Shown here one piece after another: positions 1-8,413 of a DNA stretch of 32,000 bases (position 1 is the stretch's first letter; each line of letters begins with the position of its first letter). Position numbers and translations under genes: made by a program. Below the pieces are notes generated by a model that worked only from the letters and a program-made list of their open reading frames with translations, ran no database searches and was not told where the DNA came from. Source of the DNA: Synechococcus sp. A15-28 (GTDB lineage Bacteria > Cyanobacteriota > Cyanobacteriia > PCC-6307 > Cyanobiaceae); contig NZ_CP047931.1 of assembly GCF_014280175.1 (NCBI RefSeq), positions 780,001 through 812,000 of the forward strand, written 5' to 3'.

Positions 1-772
1 TCTGATGGAAACCTTCCTCACCCAGGACATCCTCGACGACAAGACCGATTCCACGTCCAACAAAAACGTGGAGGCCCGTGGACAAGGCATCGCCAATATC
101 GTGGCGTCGCTGTTCGGGGGCATGGCGGGTTGTGCCCTGGTGGGTCAGTCGGTGATGAACATCGATAACGGCGGTCGCACCCGGCTTTCCACCCTGTTCT
201 CCGGTATCAGCCTTCTGGCGATGATCCTGCTCGCCGGACCATGGCTGAAGCAGATCCCGATGGCAGCCCTTGTGGCGGTGATGATCAGCATCGCTGTCAG
301 CACTGCCGACATCAACGGGTTGCGCAATCTGCGTCGCATTCCCAAGAGCGACACCTCGGTGATGCTGATGACCTTCGCCGTCACCATGCTCACCACGCCT
401 CACAACCTGGCGCTGGGGGTATTGGCCGGTGTGGCCCTCGCCGGAATCCTGTTCAGCCGCAAGGTGGCCAAGGTCATTCAGGTGGAAGCGATCGATGTGA
501 GCGATCAGGAGCGCCGCTATCGGGTGACCGGTCAGTTGTTCTTCGTGAGCAAGATCTACTTCCTGCAGGGATTCGATCTTCACGATCATCCCGAGCAAAT
601 TGTCATCGATCTCTCCGCGGCCCACATCTGGGATCAGAGTGGTGTGGCGGCGCTCGATCAGGTGATCCGCAAATTCAGGCTGGGGGGATCCGAGGTCTCC
701 GTTGAGGGACTGAACGACGAAAGCCTGGATCTGTTTGAACGGATCGGAGGACAGGAGTCCGCCCACGCCTGA
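1..772 (+). CDS. SulP-family anion permease, C-terminal part with STAS domain (5' end lies outside the window)
   Basis: The reading frame is open to the window edge. Hydrophobic TM segments are followed by a STAS-like tail (RYRVTGQLFFVS...IVIDLSAAHIWDQSGVAALDQV), the typical SulP/BicA-type architecture. Confidence 0.8.
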   Translation, partial: LMETFLTQDILDDKTDSTSNKNVEARGQGIANIVASLFGGMAGCALVGQSVMNIDNGGRTRLSTLFSGISLLAMILLAGPWLKQIPMAALVAVMISIAVSTADINGLRNLRRIPKSDTSVMLMTFAVTMLTTPHNLALGVLAGVALAGILFSRKVAKVIQVEAIDVSDQERRYRVTGQLFFVSKIYFLQGFDLHDHPEQIVIDLSAAHIWDQSGVAALDQVIRKFRLGGSEVSVEGLNDESLDLFERIGGQESAHA

Positions 773-786
773 AGCATGGGTGAGGT

Positions 787-1113
787 TCAGTTCAGGGCCT
801 GGGCGTCGTAGAGCACGGCCAGGCAGAGGCTCAGGTCATCCTGCATGGCACTCAAGCGACCTTCAATTTCGATGTCTTCAGGGTTCAGCTGGGAGTAACG
901 CGAGGTGACGTCGTTCCCGATGCTCATCAACATGCAAAGGGTCTGCAAATCGCCGGATTCGCTGGCCCGGTGCTGAGCTCCATCCAGCAGAACCCTCAAT
1001 AGCGCCATCTTGTTGTTGTAGGCCTCACGATCAGCAGCGTCCCAGGCCAGAACAGGCGTGGTCACCACCAGGCCGAGAAGCATCAGCATCAAACCAGGCA
1101 ACGCTCGCATCAC
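787..1113 (-). CDS. Hypothetical small secreted protein
   Basis: 108-aa ORF with an N-terminal signal-like segment (MMRALPGLMLMLLGLVVTTPVLA/WD). No recognisable family. Confidence 0.5.
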   Translation of the reverse strand: MMRALPGLMLMLLGLVVTTPVLAWDAADREAYNNKMALLRVLLDGAQHRASESGDLQTLCMLMSIGNDVTSRYSQLNPEDIEIEGRLSAMQDDLSLCLAVLYDAQALN

Positions 1114-1194
1114 CAGGCCTAAACGCCCCTGGAAATTAGAGGCCTTCTCGTGATGTGGCCATGAATCTGGGACAATCCCACCCTATCCGTACCA

Positions 1195-2262
1195 ATGCTG
1201 ATGATCCGATCCAGCCGTCAACTTCTGATCGGAGCCATCGCGGTGGTGACCGGTCTGTTGGGGGGGTGCGCATCCCTGGAGGAGGCCGGCAGCTCACGGT
1301 TGGATCTGGTGAAGCAAAGGGATGAGCTTCTCTGTGGTGTGAGCGGCAAGATTCCAGGCTTCAGCTTTCTCAGTGCAGAGGGCACCTACACCGGGCTCGA
1401 TGTCGACATCTGTCGGGCCATGGCCGCCGCCTTCCTTGGCGATGCGGACAAGGTGCAGTACCGACCGCTGACGGCGCCGGAGCGGTTCACGGCTCTGCGC
1501 TCCGGGGAAATTGATCTGCTGTCCCGTAACACCACCCACACCCTCAGCCGTGATGCGCAGGGTGGGAACGGTCTTGGCTTCGCTCCCGTGGTGTTTCATG
1601 ACGGCCAGGGATTGATCGTGCCGGCCGACAGCGGCGTGACGACCCTGTCTGATCTGAGCGGCAAGGCCATCTGCGTTGGTTCAGGCACCACCACTGAGCA
1701 GAACCTCAACGACGCCTTCGAGTCCAATGGTATCCCTTACACCCCGATCAAATACCAGGACCTCAATCAAGTGGTGGGTGGCTACCTGCAGGGGCGCTGT
1801 CAGGCCATGACCTCGGATCGCTCGCAGCTGGCCGCAGCCCGTTCCGGCTTCAACGCGCCTGAAGCTCACGTGATTCTTGAAGACCGTCTCAGCAAAGAGC
1901 CTCTGGCACCGGCGGTGGTCGGCGGGGATCAGCGGCTTGTTGATGCCATGACCTGGGTTGTGTACGCCCTGATCGAAGCGGAGGAGCGCGGCATCACCCA
2001 AGCCAATCTCGATAGCCAGCTGCGTGTCGCTGAAGCGGATCCAAGCCAGGCGGCCCTGCGGCGATTCCTGGGGGTTGATGCCGGCCTGGGTCGCAAGCTC
2101 GGCCTGCCCGACGATTTCGTTTTGCAGGCCATTCGGGCCACCGGTAATTACGGCGAGATCTACGACCGCCACCTCGGGCCGCAGAGTCCGGTTGCGATCC
2201 CCCGTGGCGCCAATCGTCTCGCTGAGGACGGTGGCTTGATGATCGCGCCTCCGTTCACCTGA
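1195..2262 (+). CDS. Amino-acid ABC transporter substrate-binding lipoprotein (AapJ/NatF-like, general polar amino acids)
   Basis: Lipobox LLGGC after a signal peptide. Family-3 SBP-like sequence (GVSGKIPGFSF...GLDVDICRA...LRSGEIDLLSRNTT). First gene of a 4-gene coupled operon. Confidence 0.85.
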   Translation: MLMIRSSRQLLIGAIAVVTGLLGGCASLEEAGSSRLDLVKQRDELLCGVSGKIPGFSFLSAEGTYTGLDVDICRAMAAAFLGDADKVQYRPLTAPERFTALRSGEIDLLSRNTTHTLSRDAQGGNGLGFAPVVFHDGQGLIVPADSGVTTLSDLSGKAICVGSGTTTEQNLNDAFESNGIPYTPIKYQDLNQVVGGYLQGRCQAMTSDRSQLAAARSGFNAPEAHVILEDRLSKEPLAPAVVGGDQRLVDAMTWVVYALIEAEERGITQANLDSQLRVAEADPSQAALRRFLGVDAGLGRKLGLPDDFVLQAIRATGNYGEIYDRHLGPQSPVAIPRGANRLAEDGGLMIAPPFT

Positions 2263-3152
2263 TGCGCCGCCGTCGTCTGCTGCTGCAGCTGAGCCTGGCA
2301 GGGCTGTTGCTCGCTTTGGTCGGTTTGCTGATCAACAATCTGACCGTCAATCTGATCCGCACGGGCCTTGGCCTCGGCTTCGGTTGGCTGGGTCGGCCAG
2401 CGGGTTTTGCCCTTGCGGAAACAGCTCTGCCCTATGCACCCTCTGACTCTTATCTCTGGGCGCTGACCATCGGCTGGCTCAACAGCCTCAAGGTGATCCT
2501 CGCGGGTCTTGTGCTGGCCACGCTGCTGGGTGTCGCGGCGGGTGCGGCCCGCAACAGCACCAACCGGTTGCTGCGCAGTCTGGCGGGGACCTACGTCGCC
2601 CTGATCCGCCAGGTGCCGCTGCTGCTGCAGCTGTTGTTCTGGTACTTCGTGGCCTTCCTCGGTCTGCCGGCGATGCCCGTTGGCGGCTTGATTGAACTCT
2701 CCAACCAGGGGATTCAACTGCTGGGGCTGAATCTGAGCGTGGAGTTCTGCGCCGTTCTCACGGGTTTGACGGTGTTCACCGGAGCCTCCATTGCTGAAAT
2801 CGTTCGCGGTGGCATCAATGCCGTGCCCCGGGGCCAATGGGAGGCCTTCCGCAGCCTCGGGCTGGATGAGGGGCTTGGCCTGCGGCGGATTGTGCTGCCC
2901 CAGGCCTTGCCGGCCATCCTGCCGGCACTGACCAGTCAGTACCTGAACCTCGCCAAGAACAGCACCCTCGCCATTGCTGTCGGCTACGCCGACCTGTATG
3001 CCGTCAGCGACACCACCATCACCCAGACGGGCCGTGCCATCGAAGGATTTTTGTTGCTGCTGTTCAGTTTTCTGCTGCTCAATCTGTTGATCAGCGGCGG
3101 CATGTCCGTTCTGAATGGGGCGGTGCTTGGTCGTCTGCGGAGGAGTCGCTGA
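2262..3152 (+). CDS. Amino-acid ABC transporter permease (AapQ/NatG-like)
   Basis: Polytopic membrane protein with an EAA-like loop (ASIAEIVRGGINAVPRGQWEAFRSLGL). The start overlaps the upstream stop (TGATG). Confidence 0.85.
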   Translation: MRRRRLLLQLSLAGLLLALVGLLINNLTVNLIRTGLGLGFGWLGRPAGFALAETALPYAPSDSYLWALTIGWLNSLKVILAGLVLATLLGVAAGAARNSTNRLLRSLAGTYVALIRQVPLLLQLLFWYFVAFLGLPAMPVGGLIELSNQGIQLLGLNLSVEFCAVLTGLTVFTGASIAEIVRGGINAVPRGQWEAFRSLGLDEGLGLRRIVLPQALPAILPALTSQYLNLAKNSTLAIAVGYADLYAVSDTTITQTGRAIEGFLLLLFSFLLLNLLISGGMSVLNGAVLGRLRRSR

Positions 3153-4126
3153 TGACGCGCTGGGCGGATCGATTGATCACGTTGCTGCTCCTGGTCCTGC
3201 TCGGATGGGGCGGTTGGGGCCTGTTGCATTGGCTGATGCATGGGGCCGAGTGGTCCGTCGTGCGTGCGAACCTGCCTCTCTATGCCGTGGGCAGTTACCC
3301 CTCCGATCAGCGCTGGCGACCGCTGCTCTGGATCGGGTCCTGCCTTGTGATGGTGGTGTTGACCTTGGTGGGCCCGAGGGGGGCGAGCTGGCGACGGTTC
3401 CTGCCCTCGCTCTGGATTGGCATGGCACCCCTGGGACTGTGGTTGCTGGCGGGCGGGCTGGGACTTCTTCCCGTGGGAACGCGCCATTGGGGAGGCCTCA
3501 CCCTCACCCTGCTTCTCACCGCAGGCAGTGGCCTGCTGGCGCTGCCGCTCGGGGTGTTGTTAGCCCTTGGTCGTCGCAGTGATCTGCCGGTGCTGCGCTG
3601 GAGCAGCACGGCTTACATCGAGCTGATGCGGGCGGTGCCGCTGATTGCGGTGCTGTTTTTCGGGCAGCTGCTGATTCCCTTGTTCCTGCCGCCGGGGTTG
3701 GAGATCAACCGCGTGCTCCGGGCGGTGCTGGCCTTTGCCCTGTTCGCCGCGGCGTATATCGCCGAAGACGTCAGGGGTGGATTGCAGGCGATTCCACCGA
3801 CGCAACGGGAGGCAGCAGCTGTCCTCGGTTTGTCCCCATTACAAACGCTGCAGCTTGTGGTGCTTCCCCAGGCGCTGCGCGTTGCTCTGCCATCGCTCAC
3901 CAATCAGGCGGTGGGACTGTTGCAGAACACCAGTCTGATGGCGATTCTCGGCCTGGTGGAGCTGCTGGGAATCAGCCGCAGCCTTTTGGCCAACCCGGCC
4001 TTCATCGGCCGCTACCTCGAGGTGTATCTGTGGCTGGCTGCGGTTTACTGGCTGGCGTGCACGGCGATGGCTCTGCTGGCCCGTCACCTGGAAGTCCAGC
4101 TCGACCCCGTCCGATCCAACCGATGA
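3152..4126 (+). CDS. Amino-acid ABC transporter permease (AapM/NatH-like)
   Basis: Polytopic membrane protein with an EAA-like loop (AAYIAEDVRGGLQAIPPTQREAAAVLGL). The start overlaps the upstream stop (TGATG). Confidence 0.85.
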   Translation: MTRWADRLITLLLLVLLGWGGWGLLHWLMHGAEWSVVRANLPLYAVGSYPSDQRWRPLLWIGSCLVMVVLTLVGPRGASWRRFLPSLWIGMAPLGLWLLAGGLGLLPVGTRHWGGLTLTLLLTAGSGLLALPLGVLLALGRRSDLPVLRWSSTAYIELMRAVPLIAVLFFGQLLIPLFLPPGLEINRVLRAVLAFALFAAAYIAEDVRGGLQAIPPTQREAAAVLGLSPLQTLQLVVLPQALRVALPSLTNQAVGLLQNTSLMAILGLVELLGISRSLLANPAFIGRYLEVYLWLAAVYWLACTAMALLARHLEVQLDPVRSNR

Positions 4127-4863
4127 CCGTTGCTATCCGCGCCACCGATCTGGTGAAGAGCTACACCCCTGGGGTGAGGGCTCTGGACCGGGTGAGTCTG
4201 GAGGTCAACAACGGCGAGGTGCTGGTGGTGATGGGACCGTCCGGTTCGGGCAAAAGCACCCTGATTCGCACCTTCAACGGACTCGAGATGCTGGATGGTG
4301 GATCCCTGGATGTTCTGGGGGTGCGTCTGGATTCAGCCCATGCTGAGCCTCAGGTGCGGGCGATCCGACGTCGGGTGGGCATGGTGTTTCAGCAGTTCAA
4401 TCTGTTTCCCCATCTCTCGATCCTCGAGAACATCGCGCTCGCCCCGGTGAAGGTGCAGAAGCGGCCAAAGGAGGAGGTGGAGCGACGGTCCTTGGAGTTG
4501 CTGGAGCAAATGGGCATCCAGGAGCAGGCACAGAAATACCCGGCACAGCTCAGTGGCGGCCAGCAGCAACGGGTGGCGATCGCCCGGGCTCTCGCCCTCG
4601 ATCCTGAGGTGATGCTGTTTGATGAGCCCACCAGTGCTCTGGATCCGGAGCGGGTGAAGGAAGTGCTCGATGCGATGCGTCAGCTGGCCAGCGGCGGGAT
4701 GACCATGGTGGTGGTGACCCATGAGATCGGCTTCGCCCGCGATGTGGCGGACCGGGTGATGTTCATGGACCAGGGACAGGTGGTAGAGACATCAGATCCG
4801 GAGACGTTTTTCTCGGCGGCCCGGGAAGAACGCAGTCGTCGTTTCCTCAGTCAGATGGTGTGA
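4123..4863 (+). CDS. Amino-acid ABC transporter ATP-binding protein (AapP/BgtA-like)
   Basis: Walker A GPSGSGKST, signature LSGGQQQRVAIARAL, Walker B MLFDEPTSALD, H-loop VVVTHE. I placed the start at ATG 4123, which forms an ATGA overlap with the permease stop, rather than at the ORF-track start 4030. Confidence 0.9.
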   Translation: MTVAIRATDLVKSYTPGVRALDRVSLEVNNGEVLVVMGPSGSGKSTLIRTFNGLEMLDGGSLDVLGVRLDSAHAEPQVRAIRRRVGMVFQQFNLFPHLSILENIALAPVKVQKRPKEEVERRSLELLEQMGIQEQAQKYPAQLSGGQQQRVAIARALALDPEVMLFDEPTSALDPERVKEVLDAMRQLASGGMTMVVVTHEIGFARDVADRVMFMDQGQVVETSDPETFFSAAREERSRRFLSQMV

Positions 4864-5054
4864 TGCTTCAACACGTCGGCGTCACGCTGTTTCCCTCCCT
4901 CCCGCGGGCTTCGTTTCAGGACCTGATGGTGGTTCTTCTGATCATCGGCCTGATGGTTTCACCGTTCGTCATTCACGACCAGCTCCGCCGTCGTCGGGTG
5001 AGGCGATTCATGGCCCGGGTCAAGCAGCAGGAGAGGGATTCAACGCGACGATGA
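4860..5054 (+). CDS. Possible small single-pass membrane protein
   Basis: GTG start overlapping the ATPase stop. One hydrophobic helix (LMVVLLIIGLMVSPFVI) is followed by an Arg-rich tail. No family recognised. Confidence 0.3.
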   Translation: MMLQHVGVTLFPSLPRASFQDLMVVLLIIGLMVSPFVIHDQLRRRRVRRFMARVKQQERDSTRR

Positions 5055-5259
5055 CGTAGTCGATCCGATCGTCATCAGAACAGCAGAGGTCGCCGTAGTA
5101 ACGCTCCAACTGCTCATAGGCCATGTCGTAACTGCTGTACGACTGACCCGTCAGAGCGTCACTTTCTCCGTCGCTGCGGACGATGCAGTGGGTTGTTGTT
5201 GGGCGATTGCGTTCCTGCTCTGCCTCAGCCATCTGCCAGGGGAAGTCGGGCCAGGGCAC
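5020..5259 (-). CDS. Hypothetical small acidic protein (alternative start at 5232, MAEAEQ...)
   Basis: 79-aa ORF (70 aa from 5232). It overlaps the stop of the upstream small ORF by 8 bp (start 5232) or 35 bp (start 5259). No family recognised. Confidence 0.4.
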   Translation of the reverse strand: MPWPDFPWQMAEAEQERNRPTTTHCIVRSDGESDALTGQSYSSYDMAYEQLERYYGDLCCSDDDRIDYVIVALNPSPAA

Positions 5260-5419
5260 GCTCGGCTGCCAACAGTTCCCGTTCGGTGCTCATCCAGCTC
5301 TCATTGCCCAGGGGAAGATTCTGGACCTGGTCCGCGAGCAGCAGCATCAACTGTTCACAGCGTTCTCGAAGCTCCTGACGCAGCACGGCACGATTGGTAG
5401 ACAGATGAAAGTTTGGCAC
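5225..5419 (-). CDS. Hypothetical small helical protein
   Basis: 64-aa ORF with coiled-coil-like composition, apparently coupled to the next small ORF downstream. Confidence 0.4.
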   Translation of the reverse strand: MPNFHLSTNRAVLRQELRERCEQLMLLLADQVQNLPLGNESWMSTERELLAAERALARLPLADG

Positions 5420-5462
5420 GTGGGTGGGTGCTGCTTAGTTTCAATCGCTGGAGCGGTCAACC

Positions 5463-6380
5463 ATGCTGCGTTTTCTGCTGTGGTTGCTTCCCGCTCTGCT
5501 GATCGGGTTCTGGTGCGGACGCAGGCGTCCCAACCTTTCAGCGCGTCTTGCGATCCCGGTGGTGCACTTCGGTGTTCCCATCAGCGTGATGGGTCTTCTG
5601 TTGAGAGGTGGGCTCGGGGGGCAGATGGTTCTGGCTGCGGCTCTGGCCGTTCTCGCCATCGCCCTGATGCTGCTCCTGGCCCATCGACTGCCGGGATTAC
5701 ACGGTCTTTCCGCCCGATCGATGCGGCTCGGCAGTTGCATCGGCAACACCGCCTATGTCGGCGTTCCCCTGGCGCTGGCTTTTCTGCCGACGGAGGCTCT
5801 GGCGATCAGCATCGGCTACGACCTTGGCGCAACGTTGCTCACCTGGAGTCTTGGTCCGGTGTTCATCGGTGGCGCTCGTTTGGATCGTTCGACGGTCTGG
5901 AGCGGCTGGTTGCTCAGCCTGAGCAGTAGTCCCGCAACCCGGGGGCTGCTGGGGGCGCTTCTGGTGCAGTGGACCCCCTGGCGTTTTGCTGTTGCCGAGG
6001 CGCTCTGGTGGCCCTCCAGGGGCGTGATCGTTGTGGCGTTGATGGTGGTGGGCATGCGGCTGGGGAGCCTGTCCGGCGAAGTCGTGTCGTGGTCGCCGCT
6101 GCGCCTGGGGCTGATGCCCCCGATGCTGGTCAAGCTTTTGTTGTATCCAGGGCTGCTGCTCCTGTTGGGGATCGGATTGAGGCTCGATCCCGTGATGATT
6201 CAGGCCATCGCCTTGCAGGGTGCTGCGCCGACAGCGATTTCCCTGTTGTTAATTGCCGAGTCGGTTGGTGTTGATCAAGAGCGAGCGGCTGGACTTGTGT
6301 TCTGGAGCACTGTTTTGTCGTTGATCACGGCTCCGGCATGGGGGATGGCGCTGTCCTTGTTGATGCCAACTGGAGGATGA
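5463..6380 (+). CDS. AEC (auxin efflux carrier) family membrane transporter
   Basis: 305 aa with about 8-10 hydrophobic segments. The two-halves organisation and overall look are typical of AEC/PF03547-like permeases. Confidence 0.6.
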   Translation: MLRFLLWLLPALLIGFWCGRRRPNLSARLAIPVVHFGVPISVMGLLLRGGLGGQMVLAAALAVLAIALMLLLAHRLPGLHGLSARSMRLGSCIGNTAYVGVPLALAFLPTEALAISIGYDLGATLLTWSLGPVFIGGARLDRSTVWSGWLLSLSSSPATRGLLGALLVQWTPWRFAVAEALWWPSRGVIVVALMVVGMRLGSLSGEVVSWSPLRLGLMPPMLVKLLLYPGLLLLLGIGLRLDPVMIQAIALQGAAPTAISLLLIAESVGVDQERAAGLVFWSTVLSLITAPAWGMALSLLMPTGG

Positions 6381-6534
6381 ATGCACTGATTCATATTCAT
6401 TCAGGCGGATTACGGGAGAACACAATTCCTTGGTCAATACGTTTTGTGAAGAGGCGGCGATCCGCCGGTATTCAGCCCTTGTGACGGTCCGTCAACTGTC
6501 GGTACATTGGCAGGGTAGGGATCGGGGATTTGAG

Positions 6535-6627
6535 ATGCAGCAGGTGGATCTTGTCGGCTCTTTGGGGCTTGTTCTATTGATTTCAGCCTTAACGGTGCTG
6601 GGCTATCGCATCAATCACGTTGTTTGA
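6535..6627 (+). CDS. Candidate 30-aa hydrophobic peptide (MQQVDLVGSLGLVLLISALTVLGYRINHVV)
   Basis: ATG preceded by GGGGA. It lies in a patch that looks less GC-rich, between convergent genes, with a single predicted TM helix. A possible TTGTGA-N18-TACATT promoter sits at 6479-6508. Confidence 0.25.
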   Translation: MQQVDLVGSLGLVLLISALTVLGYRINHVV

Positions 6628-6649
6628 TTTTGAGCGGGGTTTTGTCTGC

Positions 6650-7252
6650 TTAAACAGCTTGAAAACAGCGAAAGGTGAGATTGATTCTGGGGGTTGTAAT
6701 GCGTTTGCGCTGCGGTACACCATGCAGCCAATCCTGTTGGCAACCTGGATGCATCACGAGCAGATCGCCACTGCTCAAAGTCAGTGTGTGGCGGTGCTGT
6801 TTCTGATGACGGTGGCGCAACTGAAAGTCTCGACTTGAACCCAGGGAAAGAGACGCGATCGGTTGGCTTTGATCGATTTCTGCTTCGTCATCGGCATGCC
6901 AGCCCATGCGGTCTTCACCGTGGCGGTAGAGATTCAGCAGGCAACCATTGAATCGACATCGGCATGCCGTGCTGACCTGATCCAAGAGCGGTACGAACCA
7001 GCTGGGCCAGCCTTCTCCGCAGTGTTGGGTGCCGCTGTAGCGATAGGACACGTCGTGTTCTGCCAGGAACATCGTCAGGCGCGGTACCGGGTGGTGGCGG
7101 CCATAGACCTGAACGATCGGTTGCTGCCACTGGATTCTGTCCATCAGCATGGATTCCCAATGGTTGGCGTTCACCGGCAACAGCCAATTGCGGCGGAGCG
7201 TCCAAGGCAACGAGGACGACGCAGACTGGTTCTGTGACTCCGTCTCGCCCAT
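6650..7252 (-). CDS. alkB: AlkB-like Fe(II)/2-oxoglutarate-dependent dioxygenase (ALKBH2/3-type DNA/RNA repair)
   Basis: Motifs FNGCLLNLYRHGEDRMGWHADDE, IASLSLGSSRDFQLR, DWLHGVPQ and RINLTFR. I chose start M at 7252; the ORF is open up to 7354. Confidence 0.8.
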   Translation of the reverse strand: MGETESQNQSASSSLPWTLRRNWLLPVNANHWESMLMDRIQWQQPIVQVYGRHHPVPRLTMFLAEHDVSYRYSGTQHCGEGWPSWFVPLLDQVSTACRCRFNGCLLNLYRHGEDRMGWHADDEAEIDQSQPIASLSLGSSRDFQLRHRHQKQHRHTLTLSSGDLLVMHPGCQQDWLHGVPQRKRITTPRINLTFRCFQAV

Positions 7253-8030
7253 GACATCAACCTTGTTGATTCTTGGCGACAGCCTGATGGATGCCGGTAA
7301 CGTGTCGCGTGCCACGGACGATCTGGTGCTTGGGGAGCAGATCGCCATTGCCATGGGTGGTGATCCAGAGGATGTTCAGTTGTTTCCCCTCCAGGATTCT
7401 CTCCGCCCTCAGTCGGCTCAGCTTCACAATTACGCCCATGGGGGAGCCCAGTCCGGTTCCGGGTTCAAGCAACAGGTGCGGGCTGTTCGTCGACATGCCG
7501 ATGTTTATCAGTCGCTGAGCGATGTGGATCTGTTGATCTCTGCTGGAGCCAATGATCTTCTCGATCAACTGGAGGACAGCTCAGCTTTCATGGCAGCGCT
7601 CGACACGGAGGATCGACGTGATGATCGTCAGTTGATGCGCAGGAATGCCAAACGAATCGCTTGCAATCTCCGGCGTGGGGTCGATCGGTTGACCGGTCTG
7701 GTGGATGACGTTGTGGTCACTGGAGCCTTCCCGCTGACGGCAACCCCTGAGGTCCAGTCGTTGGCTGATGCGTTCGACTCGGCAACGTTCGATCGCCTGG
7801 TCGCGATCGTGGATGGCATCGGCGCGAAGGTTCAACGCAAGCTGGAACGCCACTTTGCTTCCAATGACTCTGTTGCCGTTCTGAACCTCAAAGCGGCGTG
7901 GGACAGACTTGAAGCCCCTGACTTTGTTGATGCGGTGCACCCCAGCAGCGAGACGAGTCGAGAGCTGGCGGACTTGATCGTTCCTGATCTGGTCCAACAG
8001 CTGAACAGCTTCGGCTTCGCGGAAGGATGA
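7251..8030 (+). CDS. GDSL/SGNH-family hydrolase (lipase/acylhydrolase)
   Basis: N-terminal block I LILGDSLMDAGN, GANDLL block and C-terminal DAVHPS (DxxH). I placed the start at ATG 7251 because the GDS motif must be near the N-terminus. Confidence 0.75.
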   Translation: MTSTLLILGDSLMDAGNVSRATDDLVLGEQIAIAMGGDPEDVQLFPLQDSLRPQSAQLHNYAHGGAQSGSGFKQQVRAVRRHADVYQSLSDVDLLISAGANDLLDQLEDSSAFMAALDTEDRRDDRQLMRRNAKRIACNLRRGVDRLTGLVDDVVVTGAFPLTATPEVQSLADAFDSATFDRLVAIVDGIGAKVQRKLERHFASNDSVAVLNLKAAWDRLEAPDFVDAVHPSSETSRELADLIVPDLVQQLNSFGFAEG

Positions 8031-8413
8031 CGTCCCATGAAGGGACTGCAGCTCACCAGGGCTCTTCCCATACATTCCTAGGCATGGGAGCTCGAATCAC
8101 ACAGGACGAATTTCTCAAGCGCGCTAGGCAGCGTTTCGGTGATCAGTTCGATTACAGCCAGATCATCTGGAGAAGTTTCAAGAGCCCGGTGAAGATCCAC
8201 TGCACGCATCACCCGGTTCAGGAGATCACGATCACTCCGGAGAAGCACCTTCAGACCCTGGGAGGTTGCCGGCATTGTTTGCGGGAGAGACGGATCGTTG
8301 CCCTGGAGCGGGAGCTCAACCGCAGGTCTGCACCGGAACGGGTCCTTGCGGTGCAGTCCGAGCAGTCCGATTCGGTGCAGTCCGAAGCTCAGGCGCTCAA
8401 GCTCACCCGCTGA
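8027..8413 (+). CDS. Hypothetical protein with a single phage-endonuclease-associated Cys/His module (alternative start 8084)
   Basis: ATGA overlap with the GDSL stop. The pattern FGDQFDYSQI...KSPVKIHCTHHP...HLQTLGGCRHC resembles the repeated YDYS...KV.I.C..HG...HL.G.GC..C module seen in phage and giant-virus proteins. Confidence 0.5.
   Translation: MTSHEGTAAHQGSSHTFLGMGARITQDEFLKRARQRFGDQFDYSQIIWRSFKSPVKIHCTHHPVQEITITPEKHLQTLGGCRHCLRERRIVALERELNRRSAPERVLAVQSEQSDSVQSEAQALKLTR

Noticed and set aside
1114-1194. Searched the ABC-transporter upstream region for an NtcA site (GTA-N8-TAC)
   Set aside because: I could find no GTA-N8-TAC match with a suitably spaced -10 element by eye, so nitrogen control cannot be claimed from sequence.
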